64,000 nucleotides of DNA from Octopus bimaculoides (GCF_001194135.2 NC_068981.1:6535903-6599902); one strand, 5' to 3'; positions 13,099-27,541 are shown, counted from the stretch's first letter. The notes: generated from the sequence alone by a model not told the origin. A program made the numbers and translations.

Positions 13099-14219
13099 AT
13101 GCGTGAGTGTGCGTGCGNNNNNNNNNNNNNNNNNNNNNNNNNNNNNNNNNNNNNNNNNNNNNNNNNNNNNNNNNNNNNNNNNNNNNNNNNNNNNNNNNNN
13201 NNNNNNNNNNNNNNNNNNNNNNNNNNNNNNNNNNNNNNNNNNNNNNNNNNNNNNNNNNNNNNNNNNNNNNNNNNNNNNNNNNNNNNNNNNNNNNNNNNNN
13301 NNNNNNNNNNNNNNNNNNNNNNNNNNNNNNNNNNNNNNNNNNNNNNNNNNNNNNNNNNNNNNNNNNNNNNNNNNNNNNNNNNNNNNNNNNNNNNNNNNNN
13401 NNNNNNNNNNNNNNNNNNNNNNNNNNNNNNNNNNNNNNNNNNNNNNNNNNNNNNNNNNNNNNNNNNNNNNNNNNNNNNNNNNNNNNNNNNNNNNNNNNNN
13501 NNNNNNNNNNNNNNNNNNNNNNNNNNNNNNNNNNNNNNNNNNNNNNNNNNNNNNNNNNNNNNNNNNNNNNNNNNNNNNNNNNNNNNNNNNNNNNNNNNNN
13601 NNNNNNNNNNNNNNNNNNNNNNNNNNNNNNNNNNNNNNNNNNNNNNNNNNNNNNNNNNNNNNNNNNNNNNNNNNNNNNNNNNNNNNNNNNNNNNNNNNNN
13701 NNNNNNNNNNNNNNNNNNNNNNNNNNNNNNNNNNNNNNNNNNNNNNNNNNNNNNNNNNNNNNNNNNNNNNNNNNNNNNNNNNNNNNNNNNNNNNNNNNNN
13801 NNNNNNNNNNNNNNNNNNNNNNNNNNNNNNNNNNNNNNNNNNNNNNNNNNNNNNNNNNNNNNNNNNNNNNNNNNNNNNNNNNNNNNNNNNNNNNNNNNNN
13901 NNNNNNNNNNNNNNNNNNNNNNNGGTCAGCCTGTTGAAGCTTAATTACGATTTAAGACGTCAACTTGGACTTAGTCATTGTTTTTGAAAGCATCACTTTG
14001 TTTGTTTGTTTGTTTGTTTGTTTCTTTCTTTCTCTCGCCCCCCTCTCTCTCCATCCTTCTCTACTTTGCTAAACAGAAACAAAACAACATCCTATTTCAG
14101 ATTTGTATAAAAGGCAAAGAAATTGTCTGTAAAACTTATATCTGAGGAATCTCCATGAAGTAGACGAAAGCGCTAATTAAGAATTATGCAAAATTCTGAC
14201 CACTTCCCTTTCTTGATAC

Positions 14220-14257
<38 letters not shown>

Positions 14258-15176
14258 ATGCGTGAGTGTGCGTGCGTTTGCGCGCGTGTATTTATATATA
14301 TATGCAAACAAACACACGCGCACATATATATAAATATACATACACGCACACATAGACGTATATAATACACATATACAAATATACACTCTTACATACACAC
14401 AAATACTCACACCAATACATACATATACACATATAATGCATATATGTGTTTATGTGTGTGTTTATGTGTGTGTTTATGCATTATATATGTGTATACTCGT
14501 GTCGGTATTTGTTCTATTCATTTTTATGGCTGCCCCAGTCAGCAAGGACATATCAGAAATGGAAGCTTCATTACTTACTGTGATATTCAAGCAGCCGTCT
14601 TCGACAAGTCCTTTATCTTTTCATCAACAGCATCTCTGTGATGTTTTAGTATTCAATTAAATGAATGTACAGTGAAGGAAATTCACTACACTCGCAGACG
14701 TCTGCGACAGATTATTGTCTATACTCATACAAAAAGGATCTTTATATCTAATATACAATTTCCTTTATAGAATAATAATAAATTTAAATTATGTGATTCT
14801 GTTCTTTTGCTGAGAAGAAGTTTGCAAATTACTTTTGTAAATGGTTCATTAATTTGACGCTGTAGCCAATGTTCTCTTTCTCTTTATATAAATGCGAAGA
14901 TTCCAACTGAAAATGTAGCTTCAATGGAATTTGTTGGAAATTCTAACAGCCATGAATTAAATATACGACGATTCATATAAAATAGTATCTGAAATACAAT
15001 AGCATTTAATGTTGAGTGGTTGCCATTCCAGTGAAGCAATTCCGAAAATGTCGTCGTAGTTGTGTCAAAAAGAAGTAAAATCGCTTTGAAACGGTGGAGT
15101 TTTTCTGAAATTGTTGTGATTGAAATATGAATAATGAGTGATTGAATCTTAATTATTATTATCATTTGATTTGTAG

Positions 15177-15213
15177 CTTGATCTCTGAGAATGTCTGCTG
15201 ATACAGTGTACGA
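15177..15213 (+). other. Candidate short exon
   Basis: Acceptor catttgatttgtAG, donor GA|gtgagt; contains ATG TCT GCT GAT ACA GTG TAC GA; no partner exon found. Confidence 0.12.
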
Positions 15214-15260
15214 GTGAGTATTTCTCTGCGTGTCTACATATACGCATCTAAACGTCTCTG

Positions 15261-15293
<33 letters not shown>

Positions 15294-15767
15294 NNNNNNN
15301 NNNNNNNNNNNNNNNNNNNNNNNNNNNNNNNNNNNNNNNNNNNNNNNNNNNNNNNNNNNNNNNNNNNNNNNNNNNNNNNNNNNNNNNNNNNNNNNNNNNN
15401 NNNNNNNNNNNNNNNNNNNNNNNNNNNNNNNNNNNNNNNNNNNNNNNNNNNNNNNNNNNNNNNNNNNNNNNNNNNNNNNNNNNNNNNNNNNNNNNNNNNN
15501 NNNNNNNNNNNNNNNNNNNNNNNNNNNNNNNNNNNNNNNNNNNNNNNNNNNNNNNNNNNNNNNNNNNNNNNNNNNNNNNNNNNNNNNNNNNNNNNNNNNN
15601 NNNNNNNNNNNNNNNNNNNNNNNNNNNNNNNNNNNNNNNNNNNNNNNNNNNNNNNNNNNNNNNNNNNNNNNNNNNNNNNNNNNNNNNNNNNNNNNNNNNN
15701 NNNNNNNNNNNNNNNNNNNNNNNNNNNNNNNNNNNNNNNNNNNNNNNNNNNNNNNNNNNNNNNNNNN

Positions 15768-15801
<34 letters not shown>

Positions 15802-15805
15802 TATC

Positions 15806-15880
15806 AGTGTGTGTGTGTGTCTTTGTGTCTGTATTCGTTTCCCTCATCACCGCTTGACAACAGGTGTTAGTGTCTTTACA
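15806..15880 (+). mobile_element. SINE family B, internal fragment
   Basis: GT tract followed by CCGCTTGACAACAGGTGTTAGTG, matching the family B segment after the microsatellite. Confidence 0.6.
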
Positions 15881-16310
15881 AACCATTTGTCTGCCATCAT
15901 TAACCAAAGCCATCGCCTAGTCACCTGCTCTGCAGCACCAATGATGGAATTTATATCCCTCCTGTTTACTGTACCAGTAACTCCCAGCCTTGTCAGAGTT
16001 TTGCCCAAGGAACGCACCGCAAGTCCTCATAAGCCTACTTCTATTGCCTCGCAAAGTGCTTGCCAGCCCCGATTTCTGCACTGCGCCAGCAACTCCTGGC
16101 ATTGTGCAAGCTTCCTCTCATGAGGTTCCCCCCATGTCACATTCAGGTCCCACATGTTCACTTATTTGGTGGAATTTTAGAAGATCATTATATCTGGGCG
16201 GAGTGTTGTTGATATGATGGTATCTAGGAATTTTAACGTTCCACGAGATCCACTGTCAGCTGCTAGTCTGGGGCTGGGGGAAGCAGGCATGGTTGTCATT
16301 GAAGTTTCAA
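15880..16310 (-). mobile_element. HERO-clade (RLE) non-LTR retrotransposon, 3' end
   Basis: Minus-strand translation LKFLDTIISTTLRPDIMIF*NSTK..MWDL / HERKLAQCQELLAQCRNRGWQALCEAIEVG..GLAVRSLG...RRWLWL, the typical HERO restriction-like endonuclease C-terminus. Confidence 0.75.
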
Positions 16311-16319
16311 CGCACTGGA

Positions 16320-16604
16320 CTTAATTCCAGCTCCAAGAAAAGTGATCTGGGACAGAGAAGAGAAACTGTGCACAGTTGTGGAAATCAGCACTGCAACGAA
16401 AAGGAAAACACCTACGCTGAAGTATTGAGAAATCTTCAGTTACTCTACCCAGATTATAAGTTCAGGTTTATACCTGTAATTACTGGGCACTGGGATATGT
16501 AACAAGCTGCCTTCAGAAATTAGGCTTCACAAAACCAGAAAGGAATAAGCTGATTCGAAGACTACAGATCTAATCCAACACTGGATCTGTAAAAATTAGT
16601 AAAT
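16320..16604 (+). mobile_element. RLE-type LINE (R4-like), 3' end
   Basis: KVIWDREEKLCTVVEIS / EKENTYAEVLRNLQLLYPDYKFRFIPVITG / KLGFTKPERNKLIRRLQI across frameshifts. Confidence 0.65.
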
Positions 16605-16915
16605 CTTTGGCGTAGCTAGAGTAAACCGCGCCTGGGGCAAGCCGCAAAAATGATCCACCCCATTACTAAATCCATGATATTATATAGTACTTATTTGTTA
16701 CCAATAATTAATGTTTTAAAGCAATATTTTAGGAATAGTTACTTTACAAGGTTCATTTATCTACCGCTTCGGTACAGCCTGGAATTCAAAAAATATTTTT
16801 TAAAGGTTTACTTTTATAAATTATATAAATGGAATTCAAGTTTATCGTATTATGGTAAATTCTGCGCCCCATTTCAATCGGCACCCGGGTCACCTTCCCC
16901 TTAGTTACGCTACTG
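16605..16915. mobile_element. hAT-like MITE
   Basis: Termini CTTTGGCGTAGCTAG and TTAGTTACGCTACTG resemble CAGTGGCGTAG...CTACGCCACTG TIRs; GC-rich subterminal GCGCCTGGGGCAA; no TSD match. Confidence 0.5.
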
Positions 16916-17388
16916 GCTTAGATATGCAACTACGTGCATGAGAATACATACATAAAAAAACATACGAATCTGCACGCATACATACATAGATACATACACA
17001 CATACACACATACTAAAATATCCTGTTGATGTTGTTGGAATTCCAATGAAGGAGCTTTGCAACTGGGTTAGAAACCGGCTCTTTCTCTATTGGCAAAAAA
17101 TTTTGAAATAAAACTGAATCATACACACACACATACTCCCTCTCTCTCTCTCTCTTTTACACACGCACATACACACACACACACGTAATGTGTATGTATA
17201 TGGAGGCGGTTATCTTCCCTGTCAGTACACAAACAATGTGCTTCCTGTGGCTACAAGGTCTTTTAGCTCTTATTTCTAGCAATGTAGGTACTACCTGCAC
17301 AACCAGTCACTATTAGTGACAATTGAAATTTTCCTTTTTGGTTTTATATTGCGTATTGCTGCCTTCGTTACTTTATGTATATGCGTTT

Positions 17389-17426
<38 letters not shown>

Positions 17427-17649
17427 ACGCATGTTTGCATATATAAAACTATTACAAAATCGTGCGTCGAAACACTGAAATATCGCTTCCTACTATTGAG
17501 ATATAAAATGTTCGGAAAATAGTTTATAGCTCCGTTGTCGGTTATCTGAAGAAATCCTCTAAGCTTCTCTTGTAACGTGATAAACGTCAAAATTTACATC
17601 AATGGAAGCGTGAAGATTACAAACAACATTTTATTTAACTTTTCTCCAG

Positions 17650-17696
17650 ATTAGAGTCTCTGAAGACAGAAGTGCCATAGTTAAGAATTACATTTA
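17650..17696 (+). other. Candidate short exon
   Basis: Strong acceptor ttttatttaactttctccAG and donor TTA|gtaagt; one open frame IRVSEDRSAIVKNYI. Confidence 0.15.
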
Positions 17697-18304
17697 GTAA
17701 GTGGCGTGGGTCGTAAACACTTAAATCTCTTTGTCTGTTCTCAGCGCCGATATCAATGGATAATTCCAGCTGTTCTCTCAAGGACATGTTCAATATTTTT
17801 AAATGTTTGTCTACTTTACGGCTGTTCATCTCGTTGATAGCTGAATCAATTAAACTTGATGAGTGGGTATTCTTTATTTAATTTCTTGTGTGGCTAACAG
17901 TTATTGAGCTTCCAATCCTAGCAACAATCGTTTGCTAAATGTATTTTGAGGGAATGAGAGAGAAAATAATGGTAAGAAATGTTTAGATATCGGTTGCTTT
18001 CATTGTTCTACGCAAAGGAAACGAAGTACGGCTATCGATATGGAATATGGTTTACTTATTATGAATTGTAGGAGAAAATATGTCACACAACTGCAGTGGT
18101 TGATGGTTGAAAGAGGGAGATGATACGAGCAACCTTCATTAAAAATAAACATGAAATTTGACACTTCTCATAGAGGAGATGATACTTAAAACCGAGAAGG
18201 TCTGAAATATCTTGGCATGGAATCTACCGAATTATTGCTGGGTATTTATTACATCCACACACACGCACACATACACACACAAACACACATGTAGAAGCAA
18301 CATA

Positions 18305-18358
<54 letters not shown>

Positions 18359-18784
18359 CGTATGTATATCAACGGTAGGTCACTTCTATTATTACTGGTA
18401 ACATGTAACGCAGTACAAACCGTCGTGCGGTAGGGCCGTCGGCAACTAAACCGGAAACGCTACCAATCAGGTTAGTAGCAAGGGCGGTTATTGTTGGATG
18501 TCTTGTAGGGTACAAAACTAAACTTGTCAAAAAGGGGAACCACTCAGCTGAAACCCTATCCAAAAGCAGTAAATGATAGACCCTAGTCTTTGTTTAGATA
18601 TCTCTCTCACAGGAAACGAAATCTCTGATGTAACAACCGGGACCTCGCTTGCGTCTCTGATAAAGTCAACTTCCTTTTGGGCAAATGCGTCCCTTAATTA
18701 GAAGGTAGGAGTGGGACTGCGCAGGCCTTTTCTCAACCTTAAAACGCATTCTATATCTGGCCGTATCTGAAAAAAAAAAAAAAT

Positions 18785-18990
18785 GCAAAGCATTCAATGA
18801 AAGATTCCATGGTGGGATGAAGGAGGGGGTCAGCGTGAATGAACACCTACTGGAAGAGGCGTCCATCGCTGTCCCATTTGTGCTTCTGATGTTCAGGGAA
18901 AAAAGCAAGTAACAACACACATACAGTGTACTGTTCTTTGATGGTAAGATCAACAAAAGAAAAGTTCTCCATCTGGTGAGAGATAAATAT
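18785..18990 (+). mobile_element. RTE-like LINE reverse-transcriptase relic
   Basis: ERFHGGMKEGVSVNEH resembles RTE FHDGMxARVxxNG; downstream DGKINKRK..VRD resembles DGKLFNLRRL...IRD. Confidence 0.4.
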
Positions 18991-21900
18991 TATTTAATAA
19001 ACACAATATATATTTTTATGACCGACCGGTATGAAAACAACGCAACATCTTATAATACGTCTGGTGCCTTCACACAATCCACGGGCTCCGCCCACATGGC
19101 TTAACAAGCTAGACATTTCCAATTGCCGAGCATTATACTAATGTTTTCTACACCACCTGTCTTTGTCTGTTGTTGTTTTTCTTGTGATTTAGCCCTTCCT
19201 TGGGACCTGCTAATGACAAAAGTCCAACGGAGACATAGCAACCGGTTCTTTTCTCAACGATGTCAGTGCCTATTCAGAGACTGGTTTCGTCCGTCAGCGA
19301 TATAAGCACAAAATCTTTTATGTACCACGGGTCCACATGGGAGGCTCTCTCCGGGTAAATAACGCAGTATTCTGTGTTCTAACACAACGTCCACTTTTAA
19401 GGGGGAGATAACTATTACCTTCTACTTATATAAGTTTCTCTTCTAAATTCTTCTATCCATGAATACTATACTTATTATTTCTCTTGGTCCTATTAAAGTC
19501 AGATCTGTTGGGCACTGATCGCGCCTTCAAATAATCCGCATGTAAGACGATTATAAATACATTCCTCAGGTTACGTATCTATTCACTCCAGTGTCTTATT
19601 TTACGCATGAATTCCGTTCAGACTACACTCCAATACAAACAGCGTTTAGTGTTGTTCATCCGTTCCGTCAGTTATCTGTGTGGTTCCACTTATATAATCC
19701 AAATACTTCCAGATTCTCACCAATAAACACTCTCTTTCTCATAGAACACATGAAATTAAACCTTTATGGGTCTGTCTCTAAATACTATTTAGCATTTGAA
19801 ATCGTGTCGCAGTATCTCTTTTTGACCACCTTATTCATTAAAAAAATATGAAGGCCGTTTAAATATTTAGCAGGAAAATCCTATTAGTAAAGCTACAGGA
19901 TAATTTCAAGTCATTAGCTACTTTGATTACAGATAAAATATTCGAAATGAGCTGACATCTTATCAATATTTAAGCTAACAAGGGTGATTAATTATCAACA
20001 CATCTTAAATGTTCTCTATGTTTGACCTGGGTTTCGAGTTGGAAACTTCAAATCATGATTGAGATCAGGCATGCAACTTTTTATTAAAATAAAGAAAGAA
20101 GAAAAAATATAGTTAAAGAGATTTCAAAAAAATAGGCGGCTGTTAATAGAAAATGGAATGGAACTTGTTGAGATTAAATATTTTCTAGGATAATTCTTAA
20201 GATTATTCAACTGATAATTTTCTTTAAAAAATCGGTAACTAAACACATTAATAACAATATTCTAACTAAATAACAACCAACGCAAATATTAACAGCAACA
20301 ACAAAGACAACCACGAAGAAGAAGAAGAAGAAGAAGAAGAAGGAGGAGGAGGAGGCGGAGGAGGTGTAACAGACAGGTCTAACTAGAGACACAAAGGACC
20401 AATAGTAGCAGCGACAAGTACGTCGTCTAGATTCCAAAGAAAGCAGGTTGGAAAGGAATTAGTGCGAATTTATATGGAGTGAAAATGGGATTAATCTGTC
20501 GGTTTGTGTGCAGATAAATCAATACTAATTTGGACAAATTGGTTTAAAATTGTAACAGAGAATTCGAAAGGATATTGGTTATAATCGAAGCAGCGACTAT
20601 TTCATGATTGTACCAATAAATTCAATGTATTAATTGCTTCCAATACACAAAGGAATTCCTTGGCTGGTTAAAGGAGTTTTATTTGTTATTTTAGCCATTA
20701 TATTTCTGGTGCATCGTAGCCTTAATCCATCATCCAGTTCAACACCCCCGTTCAAATCCCTGAGTGATTTTAGGGGAGTCTATTCTGTTGTAATTAATTC
20801 TCAGGTTTCAGATTATTTTATTCCACCAGATTCGGACACCCAGGGAAGTATCACCGACAATACCGTTCGTCTACCGACCATCACCGTTGAAAGAGTAGTA
20901 AAGAATTATTGAACTCATCTATGTTGAAGAATAAACAAAACGTAGGAAAGACCTGAGGTATATGTTCGAACGAAGAGATAAAACTCTGTCTTGAAGAAGA
21001 AAGTCACATACTCACATGAAAATTGATGGGTGAATGCGTAATGCTTATGTTTGCCTCAATAAGGCAACATATGTAAGAGGAAATAACTGGTGCAAGGAAT
21101 TAAGATTACTTTATTTGTCATTCAGACCCTAATGAGTTTAGCTCTGCTTCATGACCCACGTCATCTAATTGAGAAATTAAAAAAAGAAGATCATTATTAG
21201 CGTGTCCCAATTAATGGATTGTATTTGGTATACGCTCAGAAATTCCAAATATTGCAGATGAAGAATAAAACTGAATCGCTAAAAGATGAGGAATATTTAG
21301 ACGTAAGTACAAAAAACATAAAGTGTTAAAATAATGTGTCATAAGATGTAGAACAAGGAAGCCTAACATGAAAAATAATTGAATAAAATCAGGATCAGCG
21401 GAGGTTAAATAATGAAGCATTTGTGCAGTGGAGTATGGATTCATTAGAAGTAGCCTCACCAGCGAATGTTTAAACAGAAGTTTGTCTAACGTATGTGGTA
21501 GATATAGAACGAGATCGGCTTCATTTCTTTTTTTTTTTTTTCAAGATAAACAAGAAGCATTATTTTGAAAACATTCATAAAAGAAACAAAAGCGTGTATG
21601 GAAATTAAAGTTCAGTCGCCAAATCAACTCGTCTAAACTGAGTTAATAATTGAAACAGAGGTCACTAACTTTACCTCGAAGCGTTCTATATTCTTCAAGT
21701 TATAGCCTAATTGTAAATATAATGTTTAAAGCATTATATATACAATGAGATATTCTAGAAGGAAAAACAAAATCTAATTGAAAGATAGAAAAGCAGAGTA
21801 GATACGGGAGAATGTTTGAAGGCATTCCATGTCATTTTCTTGCCATTTTATGGTGTTGTTGCCTTTTCTCATTTCAACTTCGTCCTCGCTGGTTTTGTTA

Positions 21901-23008
21901 CTAGATTCCTCTTTCAAACAATTTTTAACGATAAAAAATAACATCTACTTTTTTTTCTTCCTGTTCTTCTATTCATTATCGTTCACATCGTAGATTTTAT
22001 TAGAATTTATCTAATTACCTTTAATAGTATCGGTTGCCGTCATTCGCCTCTAATCCCATTAACAACAAACATAGATGATGCAAACATTATTTCGAAGAAG
22101 CGACATAAAATGTCGGTGGAGTGTTGATCGATTGAACAGAAATAAAAATAGAAATAATTTCAAAAAAATAAAATTATCAGTAATTTAATTGTTCAATTAA
22201 CAGTCTTTTCGTNNNNNNNNNNNNNNNNNNNNNNNNNNNNNNNNNNNNNNNNNNNNNNNNNNNNNNNNNNNNNNNNNNNNNNNNNNNNNNNNNNNNNNNN
22301 NNNNNNNNNNNNNNNNNNNNNNNNNNNNNNNNNNNNNNNNNNNNNNNNNNNNNNNNNNNNNNNNNNNNNNNNNNNNNNNNNNNNNNNNNNNNNNNNNNNN
22401 NNNNNNNNNNNNNNNNNNNNNNNNNNNNNNNNNNNNNNNNNNNNNNNNNNNNNNNNNNNNNNNNNNNNNNNNNNNNNNNNNNNNNNNNNNNNNNNNNNNN
22501 NNNNNNNNNNNNNNNNNNNNNNNNNNNNNNNNNNNNNNNNNNNNNNNNNNNNNNNNNNNNNNNNNNNNNNNNNNNNNNNNNNNNNNNNNNNNNNNNNNNN
22601 NNNNNNNNNNNNNNNNNNNNNNNNNNNNNNNNNNNNNNNNNNNNNNNNNNNNNNNNNNNNNNNNNNNNNNNNNNNNNNNNNNNNNNNNNNNNNNNNNNNN
22701 NNNNNNNNNNNNNNNNNNNNNNNNNNNNNNNNNNNNNNNNNNNNNNNNNNNNNNNNNNNNNNNNNNNNNNNNNNNNNNNNNNNNNNNNNNNNNNNNNNNN
22801 NNNNNNNNNNNNNNNNNNNNNNNNNNNNNNNNNNNNNNNNNNNNNNNNNNNNNNNNNNNNNNNNNNNNNNNNNNNNNNNNNNNNNNNNNNNNNNNNNNNN
22901 NNNNNNNNNNNNNNNNNNNNNNNNNNNNNNNNNNNNNNNNNNNNNNNNNNNNNNNNNNNNNNNNNNNNNNNNNNNNNNNNNNNNNNNNNNNNNNNNNNNA
23001 AACAAATG

Positions 23009-23057
<49 letters not shown>

Positions 23058-23379
23058 TATCATTATTATCATTATTATTATTATTATCTCCTTTATTTCA
23101 ACCACATTTTCAATAAATATATATTGTTTTCGTTCACGTTGTTTCTGTTGCTGAACGGACTAAAATGGAAGACGACGGCAGCGACGAGAGCAGCGATGAT
23201 GACGACATTGATGATGATGATGGTGATGTGGCGATAATGATTATTATATTTAAAATTTCTTGTTGCTGTCCTTTCCTTAATCCTTTTCTTTTTTCTTTTC
23301 TTCACTGACCAACGGAACGGAAGTTAATGGCCAATCAAGCGTTTTACTACTGCCTCAACACACTCACCCACCCACTCAC

Positions 23380-23412
<33 letters not shown>

Positions 23413-23853
23413 TACGCACACATGCACACACGAGCATGAACACGTACACACATACACAAACATACAAACGCATACACACATGCACACTTCAATCACATCT
23501 CTCTCAGCATTGCACGCATTTCACCACCACCACCACCACCACCNNNNNNNNNNTCTCTCTCTCTCTCTCTCCATCTCTCCCTCTCTGTATGGATGCATAC
23601 CTATGAGTGTGTGTATGTGTTTTGTATGTGTGTGTGTGTGTGTATTCCCATGTTACCCCTCCTTTCTCCATTCTTCAGTTGCTTAGTCTTTCACATTTAC
23701 AATCTTTACTATCTCTGAACTTCGCATTCGATTCATTTATTGTGGTTGTTGTTAAAGAAATTATTATTATTATTATTATTATCATTATTATTATTATTAT
23801 TGTTGTTGTTGTTATTGTTGTTGTTGCTGTTGTTGGTGGTGGTGGTGTTGTTC

Positions 23854-23919
<66 letters not shown>

Positions 23920-23988
23920 GTGGTGGTGGTGTTGTTGTTCTGTCTTCGTATTGTATCCCTCATCCGTCACCCTTGTGGCAAACAAATG

Positions 23989-24037
<49 letters not shown>

Positions 24038-24884
24038 TATCATTATTATCATTATTATTATTATTATCTCCTTTATTTCAACCACATTTTCAATAAATAT
24101 ATATTGTTTTCGTNNNNNNNNNNNNNNNNNNNNNNNNNNNNNNNNNNNNNNNNNNNNNNNNNNNNNNNNNNNNNNNNNNNNNNNNNNNNNNNNNNNNNNN
24201 NNNNNNNNNNNNNNNNNNNNNNNNNNNNNNNNNNNNNNNNNNNNNNNNNNNNNNNNNNNNNNNNNNNNNNNNNNNNNNNNNNNNNNNNNNNNNNNNNNNN
24301 NNNNNNNNNNNNNNNNNNNNNNNNNNNNNNNNNNNNNNNNNNNNNNNNNNNNNNNNNNNNNNNNNNNNNNNNNNNNNNNNNNNNNNNNNNNNNNNNNNNN
24401 NNNNNNNNNNNNNNNNNNNNNNNNNNNNNNNNNNNNNNNNNNNNNNNNNNNNNNNNNNNNNNNNNNNNNNNNNNNNNNNNNNNNNNNNNNNNNNNNNNNN
24501 NNNNNNNNNNNNNNNNNNNNNNNNNNNNNNNNNNNNNNNNNNNNNNNNNNNNNNNNNNNNNNNNNNNNNNNNNNNNNNNNNNNNNNNNNNNNNNNNNNNN
24601 NNNNNNNNNNNNNNNNNNNNNNNNNNNNNNNNNNNNNNNNNNNNNNNNNNNNNNNNNNNNNNNNNNNNNNNNNNNNNNNNNNNNNNNNNNNNNNNNNNNN
24701 NNNNNNNNNNNNNNNNNNNNNNNNNNNNNNNNNNNNNNNNNNNNNNNNNNNNNNNNNNNNNNNNNNNNNNNNNNNNNNNNNNNNNNCTACCTTCACCTTT
24801 CTCTTTCCCCTCTTTGTCTTTATAATTACGATTAACTCGACTGAATGGTGGACTGTGTAAAGATAAGATATAAAACGACAAAAG

Positions 24885-24966
<82 letters not shown>

Positions 24967-25972
24967 AAGAAGAAGAAGAAGGAGGAGGAGGAGAAGGAGG
25001 AGGGGGGGAAAAGAAGAAGAAGAAGAAGAAGAAGAAGAAGAAGAAGAAGAAGAAGAAGAAGAAGAAGAAGAAGAAGAGTTGAAAGACAGTACAAACCGTT
25101 TGCCAATGGAGTAACAACAACGAAAGAGTAAAAGCAAAACAAAAATGGTGGTGCTTTATGCTTTTCGTGTTGTTTAACTTTGGTTGCCTTGAAATGGTCT
25201 GAGAACATCGACATCATTATCGTCGCAGCGCTATCTTTGGTGTGACATCGTTAACTGGTGACGCTATTTACTTCATTGTTGCAAATTAATGAGAACAAAA
25301 GCGGCATTGTAAAGAACAAGATGGTTTATTGTTACAGTAGCTAGCTGTAAGGAGAACATTCTCTGCCTGTCCGTCTGTGTATATTTATACATACACACGC
25401 AGGCACACATACACATGCACATATACATATACATGTGTGTGCGTATGTATGTACGTATATATATATATATATATATNNNNNNNNNNNNNNNNNNNNNNNN
25501 NNNNNNNNNNNNNNNNNNNNNNNNNNNNNNNNNNNNNNNNNNNNNNNNNNNNNNNNNNNNNNNNNNNNNNNNNNNNNNNNNNNNNNNNNNNNNNNNNNNN
25601 NNNNNNNNNNNNNNNNNNNNNNNNNNNNNNNNNNNNNNNNNNNNNNNNNNNNNNNNNNNNNNNNNNNNNNNNNNNNNNNNNNNNNNNNNNNNNNNNNNNN
25701 NNNNNNNNNNNNNNNNNNNNNNNNNNNNNNNNNNNNNNNNNNNNNNNNNNNNNNNNNNNNNNNNNNNNNNNNNNNNNNNNNNNNNNNNNNNNNNNNNNNN
25801 NNNNNNNNNNNNNNNNNNNNNNNNNNNNNNNNNNNNNNNNNNNNNNNNNNNNNNNNNNNNNNNNNNNNNNNNNNNNNNNNNNNNNNNNNNNNNNNNNNNN
25901 NNNNNNNNNNNNNNNNNNNNNNNNNNNNNNNNNNNNNNNNNNNNNNNNNNNNNNNNNNNNNNNNNNNNNNNN

Positions 25973-26036
<64 letters not shown>

Positions 26037-26734
26037 AATTTAATTAAAGGATATGTTAACCTCGTGAAGGGATGGTTGCATCCAAGGAAATAGGTATGAA
26101 GTAAGCATATATGTTAGATCCAGTTACTAAAAAGAAAAGAAAATAGAGATAAGGGAGTTAATAATTACTTATTATTAACAAATTGGTCATCTTCGCTACT
26201 TACAGCCATTTCCATTAATACTCACTAATTTAATTACAAATTTGTACATTAAATTTGCATTTATGTAACATGAGCATAATTTCATCAGAGAAAAGAGAAA
26301 GATGTACAAATTTTACAAGATGGAATAAACAAATGAAATTACAACATTTGTTTCTGCGCAGTGGCACCAGACTTATGTTGCTGAGTTTCCTTTCTCATAC
26401 AGTTATGTAACATTATTTTATTAATTATTAGATTTGTAAATATAATTCAGTAACGTTTATTCAGCTCAATAAATAACCTTGTTGTATGATGGCATATGGT
26501 AGCCGGTAACTGTATAGACTCTCTTTAGATGCAGCTTATAAGGTTATTAGCCAGATAATATTGTAGATATTAATCGGTGGCAATTGCAAACTGACTCAGG
26601 CGAGAGTTTCCTGCATGGCACATATCAAACTCTAGGTCACTATGTAAATTCTATGTAAATGCCGATTAAAAATGAAATGTATACTTACTCGGGTTTTCAG
26701 CTCTATTTATCCTGCTTGTACTACCAAATGTATA

Positions 26735-26878
26735 TATGTATGTTTCAGTTTCCGTCTCCCAAATCCATTCACAAGGCTTTGGTCGGCCCAAGTAGAAGAC
26801 ACTTGTCTAAGGTGCCACGCAGTGGGACTGAACCCGGAACCATGTGGTCGATAAGTAAGTTTCTTACCACTCAACCAT
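26735..26878 (-). mobile_element. SINE family B, 5' half
   Basis: Reverse complement GGTGCCACGCAGTGGGACTGAACCCGGAACCATGTGG. Confidence 0.8.
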
Positions 26879-26950
26879 TAAAATTATTTAATGAGTGACG
26901 GAATTGTCCGTGCTATATTCAATACATATTTCATATTTTATTATAATATG

Positions 26951-27150
26951 ACGGCGAGATGGCAGAATCGTTACCACACTGGAAAAAAGGAGGAGTGGCA
27001 TTTTTCTGACTTGACATTCTGGGTTCAAATCCCACCAGGATCGATGTTACCTTTCATCCTTTCGGGATTACTAAAATATGTACTAGTTGAGCAGCGGGAT
27101 CGATGTAATCGACTTGACCTCTACTCCCAAACTGCTCGCCTTGTGCCCCC
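26951..27150 (+). mobile_element. SINE family A, diverged
   Basis: GGCGAGATGGCAGAATCGTTA head, GGGTTCAAATCCC B box, CCTTTCATCCTTTCGGG body. Confidence 0.75.
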
Positions 27151-27490
27151 CATTCCTGTTACACACACACACACACACCTACATACATACATACATACAT
27201 ACATAGAATTTACTTACACATGTAGTATGCATAGTTTTACGCATCGTTTATAAACTGCTGCCATCCATATTTAACCTTTGTACGTCCATCACATCAGACG
27301 TCATTGGTGCGACGGCAGAAGTACTGTCATGGAATTTAAAGTTCTTCGACTGAAAACGCGCCGAAACTACGCCGGTTTTGATCGCCATGGCTGATGAGAA
27401 AGGTTCTATGTTCCTTTGCCATGTCCGTTAAATATATCCAAGTTTAGATTTGTACTATACACACAAAAACATACACTTTTACAAACAAAC

Positions 27491-27541
<51 letters not shown>

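Noticed and set aside
13060-14280. Repeated GT-tract junction (TTTGCATGCGTGAGTGTGCGTGCG) at about 13095 and 14255
   Set aside because: The first copy ends at a gap; probably a misplaced contig end.
17041-17082. Hammerhead-like relic CCAAUGA...GAAACCGGC
   Set aside because: The core G5 and U16.1 are altered and stem II does not pair well; at best a dead derivative.
21258-21302. 45-nt plus-strand exon-like segment MKNKTESLKDEEYLD with a gtaagt donor
   Set aside because: Weak polypyrimidine tract, and not frame-compatible with the neighbouring candidates at 15177 and 17650.
23001-24113. Identical 133-bp segments at 23001-23133 and 23981-24113
   Set aside because: Both abut gaps, so a scaffolding artefact is most likely; a real ~1-kb tandem duplication cannot be excluded without long reads.
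27355-27420. CTGATGA followed by an AAAGG/CCTTT stem
   Set aside because: No GAAA follows the stem, and the upstream GAAA does not give a valid type II or III topology.
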